DNA of 64,000 nt from Alphaproteobacteria bacterium SS10. GTDB taxonomy: Bacteria > Pseudomonadota > Alphaproteobacteria > TMED2. The position numbers and the translations under genes are program-made. Positions 19,327 through 29,142 of the stretch are shown here, piece by piece. How positions within the stretch are numbered: the first letter of the stretch is position 1; each line of letters opens with the position of its first letter. The stretch spans positions 638-64,637 of the forward strand of contig JAHCML010000008.1 in the NCBI GenBank assembly GCA_019192455.1, written 5' to 3'. Under the pieces are notes generated by a model. The model had not been told where the DNA came from and searched no databases. It saw only the letters and a list, made by a program, of their open reading frames with translations.

Positions 19327-19740
19327 ATGAACAGTATTCTGGATCGCAAGACCTTCTATCAGGACGACTTCATCTTTCGTGAAGGCGACCCTGCTTATGC
19401 CGCCTATCTGATCCGCGCAGGCCGGGTTCATATCCAGCGTCGCCGCGATGGTGAAACTGTGCATTTGGCGACTCTAGGCCGTGGCCAGTTGTTTGGTGAG
19501 TTAGCGCTGATCGATCACGAGCCACGTTCAGCTGACGCGATCGCCGCCGACAAGACTGTGGAGTTGGTAGTGGTCACCGAGCCAGCCCTGAAGACCAAGA
19601 TTGAAGAGCTGGACGACTTCATGCGCGCCTGGTTCAAGATGCTGACCGAGCGTCTGCGCCATATGAATGAACTGGTTGAGGGTAAGGGTACAACCGAACC
19701 GCCGAAGCCTGATCGCTTCCAACCACCTGAGGACGATTAA
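19327..19740 (+). CDS. stand-alone cyclic-nucleotide-binding (CAP-effector) domain protein, no DNA-binding domain
   Basis: cNMP-binding beta-roll (FREGDPAYAAYLIRAGRVHI...GELALI...RSADA). Start placed at ATG 19327 (MNSILDRK) by homology with the paralogue at 50810 (MSKILDRR). The track ORF starts at GTG 19267. Confidence 0.7.
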   Translation: MNSILDRKTFYQDDFIFREGDPAYAAYLIRAGRVHIQRRRDGETVHLATLGRGQLFGELALIDHEPRSADAIAADKTVELVVVTEPALKTKIEELDDFMRAWFKMLTERLRHMNELVEGKGTTEPPKPDRFQPPEDD

Positions 19741-20123
19741 TGCTTAATTGGCTCCGGGTATCGTTGGTTTTAGGCCTCTTGGTTGTGGCGATCCCCCCTG
19801 CCAATGCGCAGCAGGCGTTGTCCAAAAGTCTTGTCCAATGCCATGTCGTTACAGATGTGGTGGTCAAAGCTGCAACGCCGGAGCAGCAGAACCTGGACAT
19901 GGTCAAGTTCTTCGCAGATGCCAGTAAGGCCTTTGAGGAAGCAGCGTTTAAGCAAGCCCATCGTGAGGGTTTGGCGGACGTTTCAGACTATGTCGCCAAG
20001 GTAAAAACCGAAGCGCAGGCTTATTGGCAGCCCAAGCTGCACGACCCTTCAGCATCCGCTGAGTATGGTGAATGGGTTGAGTATTGCACGGCCCTCGGTG
20101 ACGAACTCAAACTGCCCTTGTAA
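19740..20123 (+). CDS. small secreted hypothetical protein
   Basis: Signal peptide LVLGLLVVAIPPANAQQ. ATG overlaps the TAA of the preceding gene (TAATG), suggesting translational coupling. Confidence 0.5.
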   Translation: MLNWLRVSLVLGLLVVAIPPANAQQALSKSLVQCHVVTDVVVKAATPEQQNLDMVKFFADASKAFEEAAFKQAHREGLADVSDYVAKVKTEAQAYWQPKLHDPSASAEYGEWVEYCTALGDELKLPL

Positions 20124-20133
20124 AAACCAGTAT

Positions 20134-21660
20134 CTAGGCGCCGACATACTGCGCGGTCATGCGCCGGTAGCTTAGCGCCTCGGCCACATGTGTACGGGTG
20201 ATGCTCTCGGCTGCTTCCAAATCGGCAATAGTTCGGGCCACCCGGATTACCCGGTGATATCCCCGCGCGCTCAACCCCATTCGATCCGCTGCTGATAACA
20301 ATAGATCATGCGCCTCTTGGCCTAGAGCTGCTGCCTTGTCCAAGGCCTCACCGCCAAGCTCGGCATTGGTGATGATGCGACCATCGGGGCCTTGTTGCTC
20401 GCTGCGGGTCGCTTGGAAGGCGCGGGCCTCTGTCACTCGGTTGGCGACGGTTTCACTGCTTTCGCCGGTCGCCTTACCGCCCAACTCTTGCGGTGTCAGG
20501 GCAGGGACTTCGACATGCAGATCAATGCGATCAAAAACCGGACCAGAGATGCGAGCTTGGTAGTCCTGGGCGCATCGCGGTGCTTTGCTACACATGCCCG
20601 GGCCGCCCAATTGGCCACAACGACAGGGGTTCATGGCGGCAACCAGCTGAAACCGTGCGGGGTAGGTTACATGGTGATTGGCCCTCGCCACCACAGCGCG
20701 GCCCGTCTCCATCGGTTGACGTAACGCCTCAATCGCGGCGCGCTGAAACTCTGGCAGCTCATCTAAGAACAGCACACCACCATGTGCGAGGGAGATTTCC
20801 CCCGGTTTCGTCCGATGGCCGCCACCAACCAAGGCTGCCTGGCTCGCCGAGTGGTGTGGGTCGCGATAGGGCCGCTGCCGCAGCAGCTTCCCGCCCTCCA
20901 ACTCGCCCGCGATCGAGTGCACCATGGAGACTTCCAACGCCTCCTGCGGTGTCAGGGGCGGCAAAATACCAGGTAATCTGGCGGCCAGCATCGACTTGCC
21001 AGAGCCGGGCGGCCCATACATCAGCAGGTTGTGCCCGCCAGCGGCGGCGATCTCCAGCGCTCGCCGCGCTGTCTCCTGGCCGCGAACGTCGCGCAGGTCG
21101 GCATGTAGTTGGGGTGCGGGTTCAACCGGTGCTGAAGGTGGCGCCAGGATCTGATGCCCGCGGAAATGGTTGATCAGGGCAATCAAGTTGGGTGGCGCCA
21201 AAATTGGTAAATCCCCGGCCCAGGCCGCCTCAGCGCCGCAAAGCTCCGGGCAGATTAGGGTCTGTTCCTCGGCCAAGGCATCGACCGCGGCGGGTAAGAC
21301 GCCCGCAACGGCCGCCAGGCTGCCATCCAGGCCCAGCTCACCGAGGGCCGTGACACCGGACAAATCCTCGGCCCCGATAACTTCCATTGCCGAGAGCAAA
21401 GCGAGCGCAATTGGCAGGTCGAAATGGCTGCCCTCTTTCAGCAAATCTGCGGGTGCCAGGTTGATTGTGATCCGCTTCGGCGGCAGGGCGAGGCCCATGG
21501 CATGAAGGGCGGCGCGCACCCGTTCGCGACTCTCGGCAACCGCTTTGTCCGGTAAACCAACAATGGTGAAGGCAGGCAGGCCCTGGCTCAGCTGTGCTTG
21601 CACATCAACGCCCAACACTTCAACGCCGTTAAAGGCTATCGTTCGAACGCGCGAAACCAT
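20134..21660 (-). CDS. comM: Mg-chelatase-like AAA+ ATPase YifB/ComM
   Basis: N-terminal Lon-like ChlI domain (MVSRVRTIAFNGVEVLGVDVQAQL...), Walker A GPPGSGKS, C-terminal ComM domain. Confidence 0.85.
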   Translation of the reverse strand: MVSRVRTIAFNGVEVLGVDVQAQLSQGLPAFTIVGLPDKAVAESRERVRAALHAMGLALPPKRITINLAPADLLKEGSHFDLPIALALLSAMEVIGAEDLSGVTALGELGLDGSLAAVAGVLPAAVDALAEEQTLICPELCGAEAAWAGDLPILAPPNLIALINHFRGHQILAPPSAPVEPAPQLHADLRDVRGQETARRALEIAAAGGHNLLMYGPPGSGKSMLAARLPGILPPLTPQEALEVSMVHSIAGELEGGKLLRQRPYRDPHHSASQAALVGGGHRTKPGEISLAHGGVLFLDELPEFQRAAIEALRQPMETGRAVVARANHHVTYPARFQLVAAMNPCRCGQLGGPGMCSKAPRCAQDYQARISGPVFDRIDLHVEVPALTPQELGGKATGESSETVANRVTEARAFQATRSEQQGPDGRIITNAELGGEALDKAAALGQEAHDLLLSAADRMGLSARGYHRVIRVARTIADLEAAESITRTHVAEALSYRRMTAQYVGA

Positions 21661-21917
21661 TGCTTTCTGGGCTTTCCGACAGGGCCGTGATTATGACGGT
21701 AACAGAGTATCAGTATTTTCTGATATTGCTATCCGGTGTCGCCCAGAAATCTTGTTCAACAGTCCTTGGTGCTTTCGTCCTGATTGACTACTTTGAGTGT
21801 ACAGAGGGCGGAAATGCCCCTCGATCGTTTCGACTACCAGACGATCATTCATCGGGGACTAGTTAAGGGATGAATGTCGTCACGCGACCGCGGGGTTGAT
21901 GCCGCCCATCACTTTAG

Positions 21918-22763
21918 ATGGATGGGAGCAACCCACTTATGATCGCGAATGCCGATCTCATTGAACTAGACGCTAACTCAATCGACCCGATGTCGGTCAT
22001 CCAGAATAATGGCTGGATGATGGAAGAGATTTGGCGCCAGGTGGCTCGTGTTGGCGGCTCTGAAATCAGTGGCGGCCCGGTTCCTGCTGGCGGCACGAAT
22101 GGTGCTGTTAATCGCGCCGGTCGTCAGCTGCGTCGTATGGGTACCGGCCTTTCCCCAGCTAATGCAGGTAACGCACAGGCGATGGCTCGCCTGACCAGTA
22201 ATGTTGGCGCGGCCTCGGCTATCGCTGCCAAGACGGGACGCCCAAACCTGCTGAAGCTGGTGCAAATGACCGCCCAGCGCGCCTATCACGTGGCGCTTGC
22301 CCGTGGCGAGGTTGATCAGGACCGTGTGTTGAAAGAGCAGATGGAGCACAACCAAAAGATGGCACGTCGTGCCGCGATGGTTGCCGGCATGTATCAAACT
22401 GATCGGATGCTGTCTGAGGATGTTCGTTTTGGCATCCAGAACGGCATGTTCAATCACTGGAAAGACACCAACCACATGTTGGGCCACGTCCTGGCTGACA
22501 AGCTGCTGCATGGCGGCGGTCTGGTCGCCGTGGTTCAAAGCACCGTTGGTCGTGCCACCCAGCCAATTCGGGGCATGGTTGGTCGCCTAATGGGCCGCCC
22601 AGAGGGTACCACGCCGGTCAACGCCAACCTGTTTGATGATGGTGCGGCACCAAAAGCCGCGGCGCCTGAGGCCTTTGAGCTGACGACGCCAACGCCAGAT
22701 GCACCGACGCCGGACACACCAGCACCGGTTGCAAACCGTCGGCCACCATCGCCGATGGGCTAG
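21918..22763 (+). CDS. hypothetical protein
   Basis: 281-aa ORF with ATG start; Ala/Pro-rich C-terminal tail; no recognisable domain. Confidence 0.45.
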   Translation: MDGSNPLMIANADLIELDANSIDPMSVIQNNGWMMEEIWRQVARVGGSEISGGPVPAGGTNGAVNRAGRQLRRMGTGLSPANAGNAQAMARLTSNVGAASAIAAKTGRPNLLKLVQMTAQRAYHVALARGEVDQDRVLKEQMEHNQKMARRAAMVAGMYQTDRMLSEDVRFGIQNGMFNHWKDTNHMLGHVLADKLLHGGGLVAVVQSTVGRATQPIRGMVGRLMGRPEGTTPVNANLFDDGAAPKAAAPEAFELTTPTPDAPTPDTPAPVANRRPPSPMG

Positions 22764-22778
22764 TAAGGTTAATAGGTA

Positions 22779-22830
22779 GCGGGCCGCGATATCGTCACAG
22801 ATTGCGGCCCGTTAGCCTCTCTTTTGGGGA
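22779..22830 (+). terminator. terminator-like stem-loop
   Basis: GCGGGCCGC ... GCGGCCCG inverted repeat followed by TTAGCCTCTCTTTTGGGG, 16 bp after the stop of the 21918-22763 gene. Confidence 0.4.
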
Positions 22831-22841
22831 GTTGAGGCTTT

Positions 22842-23207
22842 ATGGGGATCGTGACGAAAAACCCTCTTGCCAGGGCTGGCGGGGCTAGAGACAACAGGGG
22901 TAGTCCTGTTGAGGCGAGTTCCAAGCGTATGCCCGGCCGTAAAACCCGGAAATCTAGCGATAAGAAGCCATCTGGCCCCAACCCTGCTCAGGGCGTGGAT
23001 CCGGCTATCATGGCGACGACCGTCCAAGGGCGCGAGGGTGTGCTCGATCCCATCCTCGCAAAGAAGCGCCGTGTCTTCACCCGCACCCTGCGCAAGGTGA
23101 TGCGGGAAGAGCGTGAGCTCTCAAACGCGGAAATGGCGGCAATGTTTGAGGATGATGGCGATCTGGGCACCGCCATGCGGCGCATGCTGCTCAGTGAAGA
23201 GCAATAG
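22842..23207 (+). CDS. hypothetical basic protein
   Basis: 121-aa ORF with ATG start, Lys/Arg-rich N-terminus; no recognisable domain. Confidence 0.4.
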   Translation: MGIVTKNPLARAGGARDNRGSPVEASSKRMPGRKTRKSSDKKPSGPNPAQGVDPAIMATTVQGREGVLDPILAKKRRVFTRTLRKVMREERELSNAEMAAMFEDDGDLGTAMRRMLLSEEQ

Positions 23208-23222
23208 ATCTATACCTTACTG

Positions 23223-23597
23223 TTAGTCGGTCTTAGGCCGCTGGATCATTGGGCCCACATCACGGCCACCAATCACATGCATATGCAGATGCGGCACCTC
23301 TTGGCGCCCATTCTCACCAATATTGGCCAGCACGCGGTAACCGCCCTGTGCCACGCCATCTTCGCGCGCCACATGGCCGATGGCCGCGATGAATGCGGCC
23401 TGCTCCTCAGCTGACGCATTGGCTGAGAAGTCATCCATGGATACATAGGCGCCCTTGGGGATGACCAAGATGTGGGTGGGTGCTACCGGGTTGATATCCC
23501 GGAATGCCAGGACGTGATCATCCTCAAAAACCTTATCGCAGGGGATTTCAGCGCGCAGGATCTTGGCGAAGATGTTGTTCTCATCATAAGCGGACAT
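23223..23597 (-). CDS. HIT-family (histidine triad) nucleotide hydrolase
   Basis: HILVIPKG ... HLHMHVIGG histidine-triad motif. Confidence 0.85.
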   Translation of the reverse strand: MSAYDENNIFAKILRAEIPCDKVFEDDHVLAFRDINPVAPTHILVIPKGAYVSMDDFSANASAEEQAAFIAAIGHVAREDGVAQGGYRVLANIGENGRQEVPHLHMHVIGGRDVGPMIQRPKTD

Positions 23598-23914
23598 CAG
23601 CTGGTCCCCTCTGCTTCTGTAGTGTCGGGCTTAAAGCGGGCCGCCAGCACGTCATAGACTTCCGATGGCGCCAAATCGCAGGCCTGCCATAGAACCAGCA
23701 GGTGATAGAGCAGATCGGCACTCTCCTCGGCCAGCTTCTCATTATCGCCGCGCATGGCCTCGATCACGGTTTCCACCGCTTCCTCCCCCACTTTCTGGGC
23801 GATCTTGGCCTTGCCCTTGGCATGCAGGCGGGCGGTATAACTGGCCTCTGGATCAGCCTGGCGGCGTTGTTCCAGTACTTGGAAAAGGTCGTCGAGAAAC
23901 GCGGAATTGGTCAT
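23597..23914 (-). CDS. hisE: phosphoribosyl-ATP pyrophosphatase
   Basis: MazG-like HisE; typical HisE sequence (YTARLHAKG...KVGEEAVE...ESADLLYHLLVL). Confidence 0.85.
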   Translation of the reverse strand: MTNSAFLDDLFQVLEQRRQADPEASYTARLHAKGKAKIAQKVGEEAVETVIEAMRGDNEKLAEESADLLYHLLVLWQACDLAPSEVYDVLAARFKPDTTEAEGTS

Positions 23915-23929
23915 GGTCGTACTGTCTAT

Positions 23930-24742
23930 CTAGCGCAGGCGAATGGGCAGGCCGGCATCGGCCATATGCTGCTTGGCCTCGCCAATCGAGTAGGTGCCAA
24001 AGTGGAAGATCGAAGCGGCTAGCACCGCGCTGGCGCCGCCGTCACGTACCCCATCCACCATATGCTCCAAGGTGCCAACACCGCCGGACGCGATAACGGG
24101 AACCGGCACCGCATCGGCAACAGCGCGGGTTAGGGCGACATCAAAGCCCTGCTTAGTGCCGTCACGATCCATGGAGGTTAGCAGGATTTCACCGGCGCCA
24201 AGCTCGGCCATCTTGGCGGCCCATTCCACGGCATCAATACCGGTCGGGTTACGGCCACCATGGGTGAAGACCTCCCAGCGCGGCGCGCCATCTGGGCCTG
24301 GTGCCACGGCCTTGGCATCCACCGCCACAACAATGCACTGATTGCCAAACTTCTCGGCCGCCTCGGCGACGAATTCGGGGCGATGCACGGCGGCGGTATT
24401 GATCGAGACCTTATCCGCACCAGCGAGCAGCAGCTTGCGGATATCCTCTACGACCCGCACACCACCACCAACAGTGATCGGCATGAAGACGGCGTCTGCC
24501 GTGCGTGACACCACATCGAGGATAATGCCCCGATTGTCCGATGAGGCGGTGATGTCGAGGAAACAAAGCTCGTCAGCACCGGCGGCGTCATAGACCTTCG
24601 CCTGTTCAACGGGATCGCCAGCATCAATCAAATCAACGAAGTTAACGCCCTTGACCACGCGGCCATCCTTCACATCCAAGCAGGGGATGATCCGGGCCTT
24701 AAGGGCAGAGTTTGGTTGATCGGTAAGCGCGGTCGCGGTCAT
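23930..24742 (-). CDS. hisF: imidazole glycerol phosphate synthase cyclase subunit
   Basis: [19 protein letters not shown]...[11 protein letters not shown]. Confidence 0.95.
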   Translation of the reverse strand: MTATALTDQPNSALKARIIPCLDVKDGRVVKGVNFVDLIDAGDPVEQAKVYDAAGADELCFLDITASSDNRGIILDVVSRTADAVFMPITVGGGVRVVEDIRKLLLAGADKVSINTAAVHRPEFVAEAAEKFGNQCIVVAVDAKAVAPGPDGAPRWEVFTHGGRNPTGIDAVEWAAKMAELGAGEILLTSMDRDGTKQGFDVALTRAVADAVPVPVIASGGVGTLEHMVDGVRDGGASAVLAASIFHFGTYSIGEAKQHMADAGLPIRLR

Positions 24743-25515
24743 GCCCGGCGACGCTCCTCACTCAAAATGCGCAGGGCCATCTTGGGATCGATACGACCAT
24801 CATAGAGTGCCTTGCCGCTGATCACGCCTTCGATGCCGGTCTGTGACTCAGCCTTAAGTGCGCGTAGATCATCCAACGATGATACCCCACCCGACGCGAT
24901 AACCGGGGTGGTTAGCGCAAAGGCCAGATCGGCCGTCGCATCAATGTTCAAACCCTTCATCGCGCCATCCCGATTGATATCAGTGTAGACGATGGCGGCG
25001 ACACCGCTGTCCTCAAACTTGAGAGCAAGGTCAAGGGCCTTAACCTCAGAGGTTTCGACCCAACCAGAAACGGCGACCTTGCCATCGCGGGCATCGATGC
25101 CAACGGCAACTTGTCCCGGGAATTCCTTACAGGCTTGTTTCACCAGCTCTGGCTCACGCAGAGCGACGGTGCCCAGAATGACCCGGCTGACACCGGCAGT
25201 GATCCACTGCTCAATCGCCGCCATGTCACGGATGCCGCCACCCAGCTGAACCGGGATATCGACACTGGAGAGCACGGCCTGAACACAGTCGGCATTAACC
25301 GCCTTGCCCTCAATGGCACCGTTCAGGTCAACCAGATGGATCCATTCAAAGCCATCATCCTGAAACTCTTTCGCCTGGGCGGCAGGGTCGGTGTTGTAGA
25401 CGGTGACATTGGCCATGTCGCCGCGCAGCAGGCGGACACATTCACCGTCTTTAAGGTCGATAGCGGGGTAGAGGATCACGGCTTTACGCGCCTTCTTGCT
25501 TCTTATCGCCGGCAT
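24739..25515 (-). CDS. hisA: ProFAR isomerase
   Basis: [16 protein letters not shown]; 4-nt overlap with hisF. Confidence 0.9.
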   Translation of the reverse strand: MPAIRSKKARKAVILYPAIDLKDGECVRLLRGDMANVTVYNTDPAAQAKEFQDDGFEWIHLVDLNGAIEGKAVNADCVQAVLSSVDIPVQLGGGIRDMAAIEQWITAGVSRVILGTVALREPELVKQACKEFPGQVAVGIDARDGKVAVSGWVETSEVKALDLALKFEDSGVAAIVYTDINRDGAMKGLNIDATADLAFALTTPVIASGGVSSLDDLRALKAESQTGIEGVISGKALYDGRIDPKMALRILSEERRRA

Positions 25516-26059
25516 CGGCGCTGTTGGTTAGATCGATATAGTAGGAACGGCCAGCAACCGGACGGCCATTGATATGGGCATAGGCGGGATGACGGCCCCA
25601 TTGGACAAAGCCCATTCCCTCATAAAGCCTTATCGCCGCCGCCTGGGTTTCACGGACATCGAGGTTCAGAACCTTGAGGTTATAGTCATCGCGCGCTGAG
25701 CGGATAATCTCATCCAGCAAACGCCGCGCGACGCCAAGGCTACGGGCCCAGGGCGCCACGAACATGCCGGTGACATTGCCCACCATGGCTTGGGCTTCAT
25801 TGTTCTTGGGCGCGCGGATTAGCTGGGCTGACCCGGCGATAACGCCATCGGCCCGGCCGACAAATAAATGCCGCTCTGGCACCACCAGAACACCGCGCCA
25901 GAACCGCTCAAACACATCCCGCTCTGGCGGGACCAGCCAGCCAAACCCGCCGCCATCGAGGATTGAGGCCTCGGCAGCCTCACAGATATCGGGTAAATCA
26001 CCGGCGCCGAACTCTTCAAGCTCTTCGGCCGTGATGGTGGATTTGGTGGTGACGGTCAT
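25484..26059 (-). CDS. GNAT-family N-acetyltransferase embedded in the his operon
   Basis: GNAT acetyl-CoA-binding region ([18 protein letters not shown]...IRLYEGMGF). Confidence 0.65.
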   Translation of the reverse strand: MTVTTKSTITAEELEEFGAGDLPDICEAAEASILDGGGFGWLVPPERDVFERFWRGVLVVPERHLFVGRADGVIAGSAQLIRAPKNNEAQAMVGNVTGMFVAPWARSLGVARRLLDEIIRSARDDYNLKVLNLDVRETQAAAIRLYEGMGFVQWGRHPAYAHINGRPVAGRSYYIDLTNSADAGDKKQEGA

Positions 26060-26095
26060 GGGGATGGCTATGGGGTGTGGTTCTAAGGCGCTGGC

Positions 26096-26800
26096 TTAGG
26101 GGCGCCAGGTAAGGAAATTGGCGAGAAGGCGCAGGCCGGCGGCTTGGCTCTTCTCAGGGTGGAATTGGGTGCCGACGATATGATCGCGCCCAACCATGGC
26201 GGTCAAGGGCACGCCGTAATCAGCATGGGCCAGCAAATGGCCATGATCAGCCGCCTGGAAGGCATAGGAATGGGCAAAATAGACGTGATCACCGGCATCA
26301 ACCCCGGCCAGAACCGGGTGATCCGCTTGATCAAGCGATAGGGCGTTCCAACCCATATGCGGGATCTTCAGCCCGTTAACGGCGGCGCCTGCAATCTCAG
26401 TGATTGGGTCGACCGTACCGCCAACCCAGCTAAAGCCTGGGTGTTTGCCATGCTCATGCCCCTCATCGGCGAAGAGCTGCATGCCGACACAAATGCCGAA
26501 TAGCGGCCGCTCATGCTGTTCCACATGCTCACGAAGCGCATCGATCAGGCCCGGCACGGCGGCGAGGCCAGCCCGGCAATCGGCAAAGGCGCCCTGGCCG
26601 GGTAGAACGATGCGGTCCGCCTGGGCAACAGCCTTTGGATCGGCGGTGACGTCAATGCGCGCAGTATGCCCAACATCGCCGGCAGCCTTCTCAACAGCCT
26701 TCGCGACCGAGCGGAGATTGCCCGATCCGTAATCCACCACCACCACGGTCATGGCGGTCGTGCTGCTGTGTTGCGCGGTGTCGCTCACAATGGCGTCCAT
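26096..26800 (-). CDS. hisH: imidazole glycerol phosphate synthase glutaminase subunit
   Basis: VVVDYGSGNLRSVAKAVE, catalytic GICVGMQL. The true start may be the internal Met (MTVVVVDYG). Confidence 0.9.
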   Translation of the reverse strand: MDAIVSDTAQHSSTTAMTVVVVDYGSGNLRSVAKAVEKAAGDVGHTARIDVTADPKAVAQADRIVLPGQGAFADCRAGLAAVPGLIDALREHVEQHERPLFGICVGMQLFADEGHEHGKHPGFSWVGGTVDPITEIAGAAVNGLKIPHMGWNALSLDQADHPVLAGVDAGDHVYFAHSYAFQAADHGHLLAHADYGVPLTAMVGRDHIVGTQFHPEKSQAAGLRLLANFLTWRP

Positions 26801-26815
26801 GATTGGCTGGGCGCT

Positions 26816-27499
26816 TTAATTCTTGCTGCGGCTGGCGCGGCTGGAAACCGCGGCGGGTGAGAGTGTGCCCTTGGTTGATGGCACCATACCGGCCTGACGC
26901 GGGTCATGGGCCACCGCTTCCTTCATCGCGCGGGCCACTGCTTTAAAGCAGCTCTCGGCGATGTGGTGGTTGTTGCTGCCATAAAGGGTGTGGATGTGCA
27001 GGGTCATGCCTGATGCTTGGGCGAAGGCCTGGAAGAACTCACGCACCAGCTCGGTTGCCATGGTGCCTAGCATTGGCGCTGTAAACCGGCTGCGGAACAC
27101 CAGGAATGGCCGCTGTGATAGATCGATTGAGCAGCGGGTCAGCGCCTCATCCATGGGGGTGAAGGCATTGCCAAACCGGTTAATACCGGCGCGGGAGCCG
27201 AGCGCTTCATTTATCGCAGCACCGAGGGCCCAGCCCACATCCTCAACCGTGTGGTGGGCATCGATATGCAGATCACCATCACAATTGACTGCGATATCGA
27301 TCAGGCTATGGCGGGCCAGCTGGTCCAGCATGTGGTCAAAGAACCCAATGCCAGTGTGGTTGTCGGCCTTGCCGCTACCATCCAGGTTCACCGAGACTAG
27401 GATCTTGGTTTCCTTGGTCTCGCGCTTAACTTCAGCAGTCCGCGCCGCCGGGTCGGTACCCGCCGCTGCTGCCTTCTTCTTGCTCCGCTCGCCTGCCAT
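26816..27499 (-). CDS. hisB: imidazoleglycerol-phosphate dehydratase
   Basis: [18 protein letters not shown]...[17 protein letters not shown]. Confidence 0.9.
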   Translation of the reverse strand: MAGERSKKKAAAAGTDPAARTAEVKRETKETKILVSVNLDGSGKADNHTGIGFFDHMLDQLARHSLIDIAVNCDGDLHIDAHHTVEDVGWALGAAINEALGSRAGINRFGNAFTPMDEALTRCSIDLSQRPFLVFRSRFTAPMLGTMATELVREFFQAFAQASGMTLHIHTLYGSNNHHIAESCFKAVARAMKEAVAHDPRQAGMVPSTKGTLSPAAVSSRASRSKN

Positions 27500-27671
27500 T
27501 ATTGCTCACGCCCATATCCGTGTTTTCAGGAGACTAGCAGAGGCCATGGCTAGGGTGTTAAGTCAAGGACAACTCAAGCATTACGGCCCTGCAGGCGAAG
27601 ACTCGCCAAACATACCCCTATGCCGTATCTTGCGGTTTGGCATATCAGCTAATGCTGATAATGGGGTGGGC

Positions 27672-29090
27672 ATGACGATGTTCAGGCAGACAATCGGGCG
27701 ATGTGGTCGGGCGGTATTGGTCGCGCTGCCCTTTGCCCTGCTCGCGGCCTGCGCAGCAATTGAAGTGCCCGAGGTTGCACCGACTGCACAGGCTGGTGGG
27801 CTGCAGCCTTGGCCAGTATCAGGCAACCAACCCCCCAATATCCGTCTAAACTATGTTGATCTGGCTCTGCCCGCCTCCCGCCAGATTGGTGGCTATCGGT
27901 TTGATATTGAGTGTATGGGCCCCTACAGCAATCTGTTCGTTCGGGATTTACCGCGCAGCCGCACCTCGACCGCCTGGTGGCAGGATGGTGCCACCGGTGC
28001 CATTCGGGATGCTGGTTTCCAAGTGCGCCGCGATGAGGATCAACGGCCTACTGGTCAGCTGATCTTGGTGGGCGCTGAGATCAATGAGCTGAAGGTCGAT
28101 GCTTGCCGTGAGAGCGATTTCTTCTCCCTCGTCGGGTCTGAGGGTGGCGAGACGGGCCAAGCCTATATCCGGGTTCAGTGGGAAGCGTTCGATCCGAATG
28201 GCCAGGCCATCTTCTCGGAGGAAGTTGAGGCCACCGCGTTGCTGGCGGATGCAGCTAAGGAAGGCTGGGTCATTCTGGCGGCGGATGCCTTTGCCAACTC
28301 AATGCATGAGTTTGCCCTCGACCTTCGTCGTCACATGATTGCCGAGGATGTGCGCGTCACGGGTAGCTTTGTTCCCAGCCCACCAACACCACAACCCCGC
28401 GCCCCGGTGGCCGTTGCGCCGCTTAGGTCCAGTGAACCCGCCGTTCGGGCAATCTCTCAGCCGCTTCTGAAAGGCCCGGTTGAGGAGCATGCGGTGGCGC
28501 TGTTGGCGGCGACGATGTTGGTGGATGATGGCATTGCACCGCGTCTGGCGATGGCCATGGGCTCGCTTGCTGGTCAGTCGGTGGTGGTCAGTCACTTACC
28601 CGCCGATCCAAAGATAGGGGCGCCGGTGACCTTGATGGACAGTGCTGGTCAACAATCATTGGGCCAGGTCATGGCGGTTCCGGGCGATTGGGCCCTGGTC
28701 GGCGCCATGGGCCAAGCTGCGAAGATGCCCAAGGGCTTACCCGTCGCCACTGAGGCCCCGGCGATTGGCGATATGATCTATGCCGTTACGGGCCAGGTGG
28801 ATCGGCAGGGTTTTGAGCCGCAGATCAGCCGTGGGATCATCAGTGGTTTCTGCCCTGATGCGGCGGTGGATGGCAGCGCGCTTTATCAGGTCGACCTCGC
28901 GATTGGTCGCGGCGCCATGTTGGGCACGGTGCCTGGGCAGGCGGGTGGCGTGTTGGTGGATGCCAGCGGTAATCTGCTGGGCCTTGCCGTTGCCGCCGAA
29001 ACCGGCGACCATGACCCGGCCTTAAGCTGTATGCGCACGCTAACGCCCCATGGGCCAGTGCAGCGGCCAGGCACCCTGGCGACCAGATAG
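27672..29090 (+). CDS. lipoprotein with C-terminal trypsin-like (S1C/DegP-like) domain lacking the catalytic Ser (pseudo-protease candidate)
   Basis: Lipobox ALLAACAA. The C-terminal GQAGGVLVDASGNLLGLAVA aligns to the DegP [15 protein letters not shown] oxyanion/Ser motif but has Q-A in place of N-S. The track ORF 26988-29090 is an artefactual extension; the first plausible start is ATG 27672 (MTMFRQ). Confidence 0.55.
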   Translation: MTMFRQTIGRCGRAVLVALPFALLAACAAIEVPEVAPTAQAGGLQPWPVSGNQPPNIRLNYVDLALPASRQIGGYRFDIECMGPYSNLFVRDLPRSRTSTAWWQDGATGAIRDAGFQVRRDEDQRPTGQLILVGAEINELKVDACRESDFFSLVGSEGGETGQAYIRVQWEAFDPNGQAIFSEEVEATALLADAAKEGWVILAADAFANSMHEFALDLRRHMIAEDVRVTGSFVPSPPTPQPRAPVAVAPLRSSEPAVRAISQPLLKGPVEEHAVALLAATMLVDDGIAPRLAMAMGSLAGQSVVVSHLPADPKIGAPVTLMDSAGQQSLGQVMAVPGDWALVGAMGQAAKMPKGLPVATEAPAIGDMIYAVTGQVDRQGFEPQISRGIISGFCPDAAVDGSALYQVDLAIGRGAMLGTVPGQAGGVLVDASGNLLGLAVAAETGDHDPALSCMRTLTPHGPVQRPGTLATR

Positions 29091-29142
29091 GCGATTTAGC
29101 CTTAACCGCGTGCCAGGCCTTAGAATGGGAAGGGCGCAGATT

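Noticed and set aside
26988-29090. 700-aa track ORF spanning hisB antisense into the lipoprotein gene
   Set aside because: Its first ~228 codons are antisense to the well-supported hisB. It only becomes protein-like at the lipoprotein signal peptide (MTMFRQ..., ATG 27672), so I treat it as an artefactual upstream extension in high-GC DNA.
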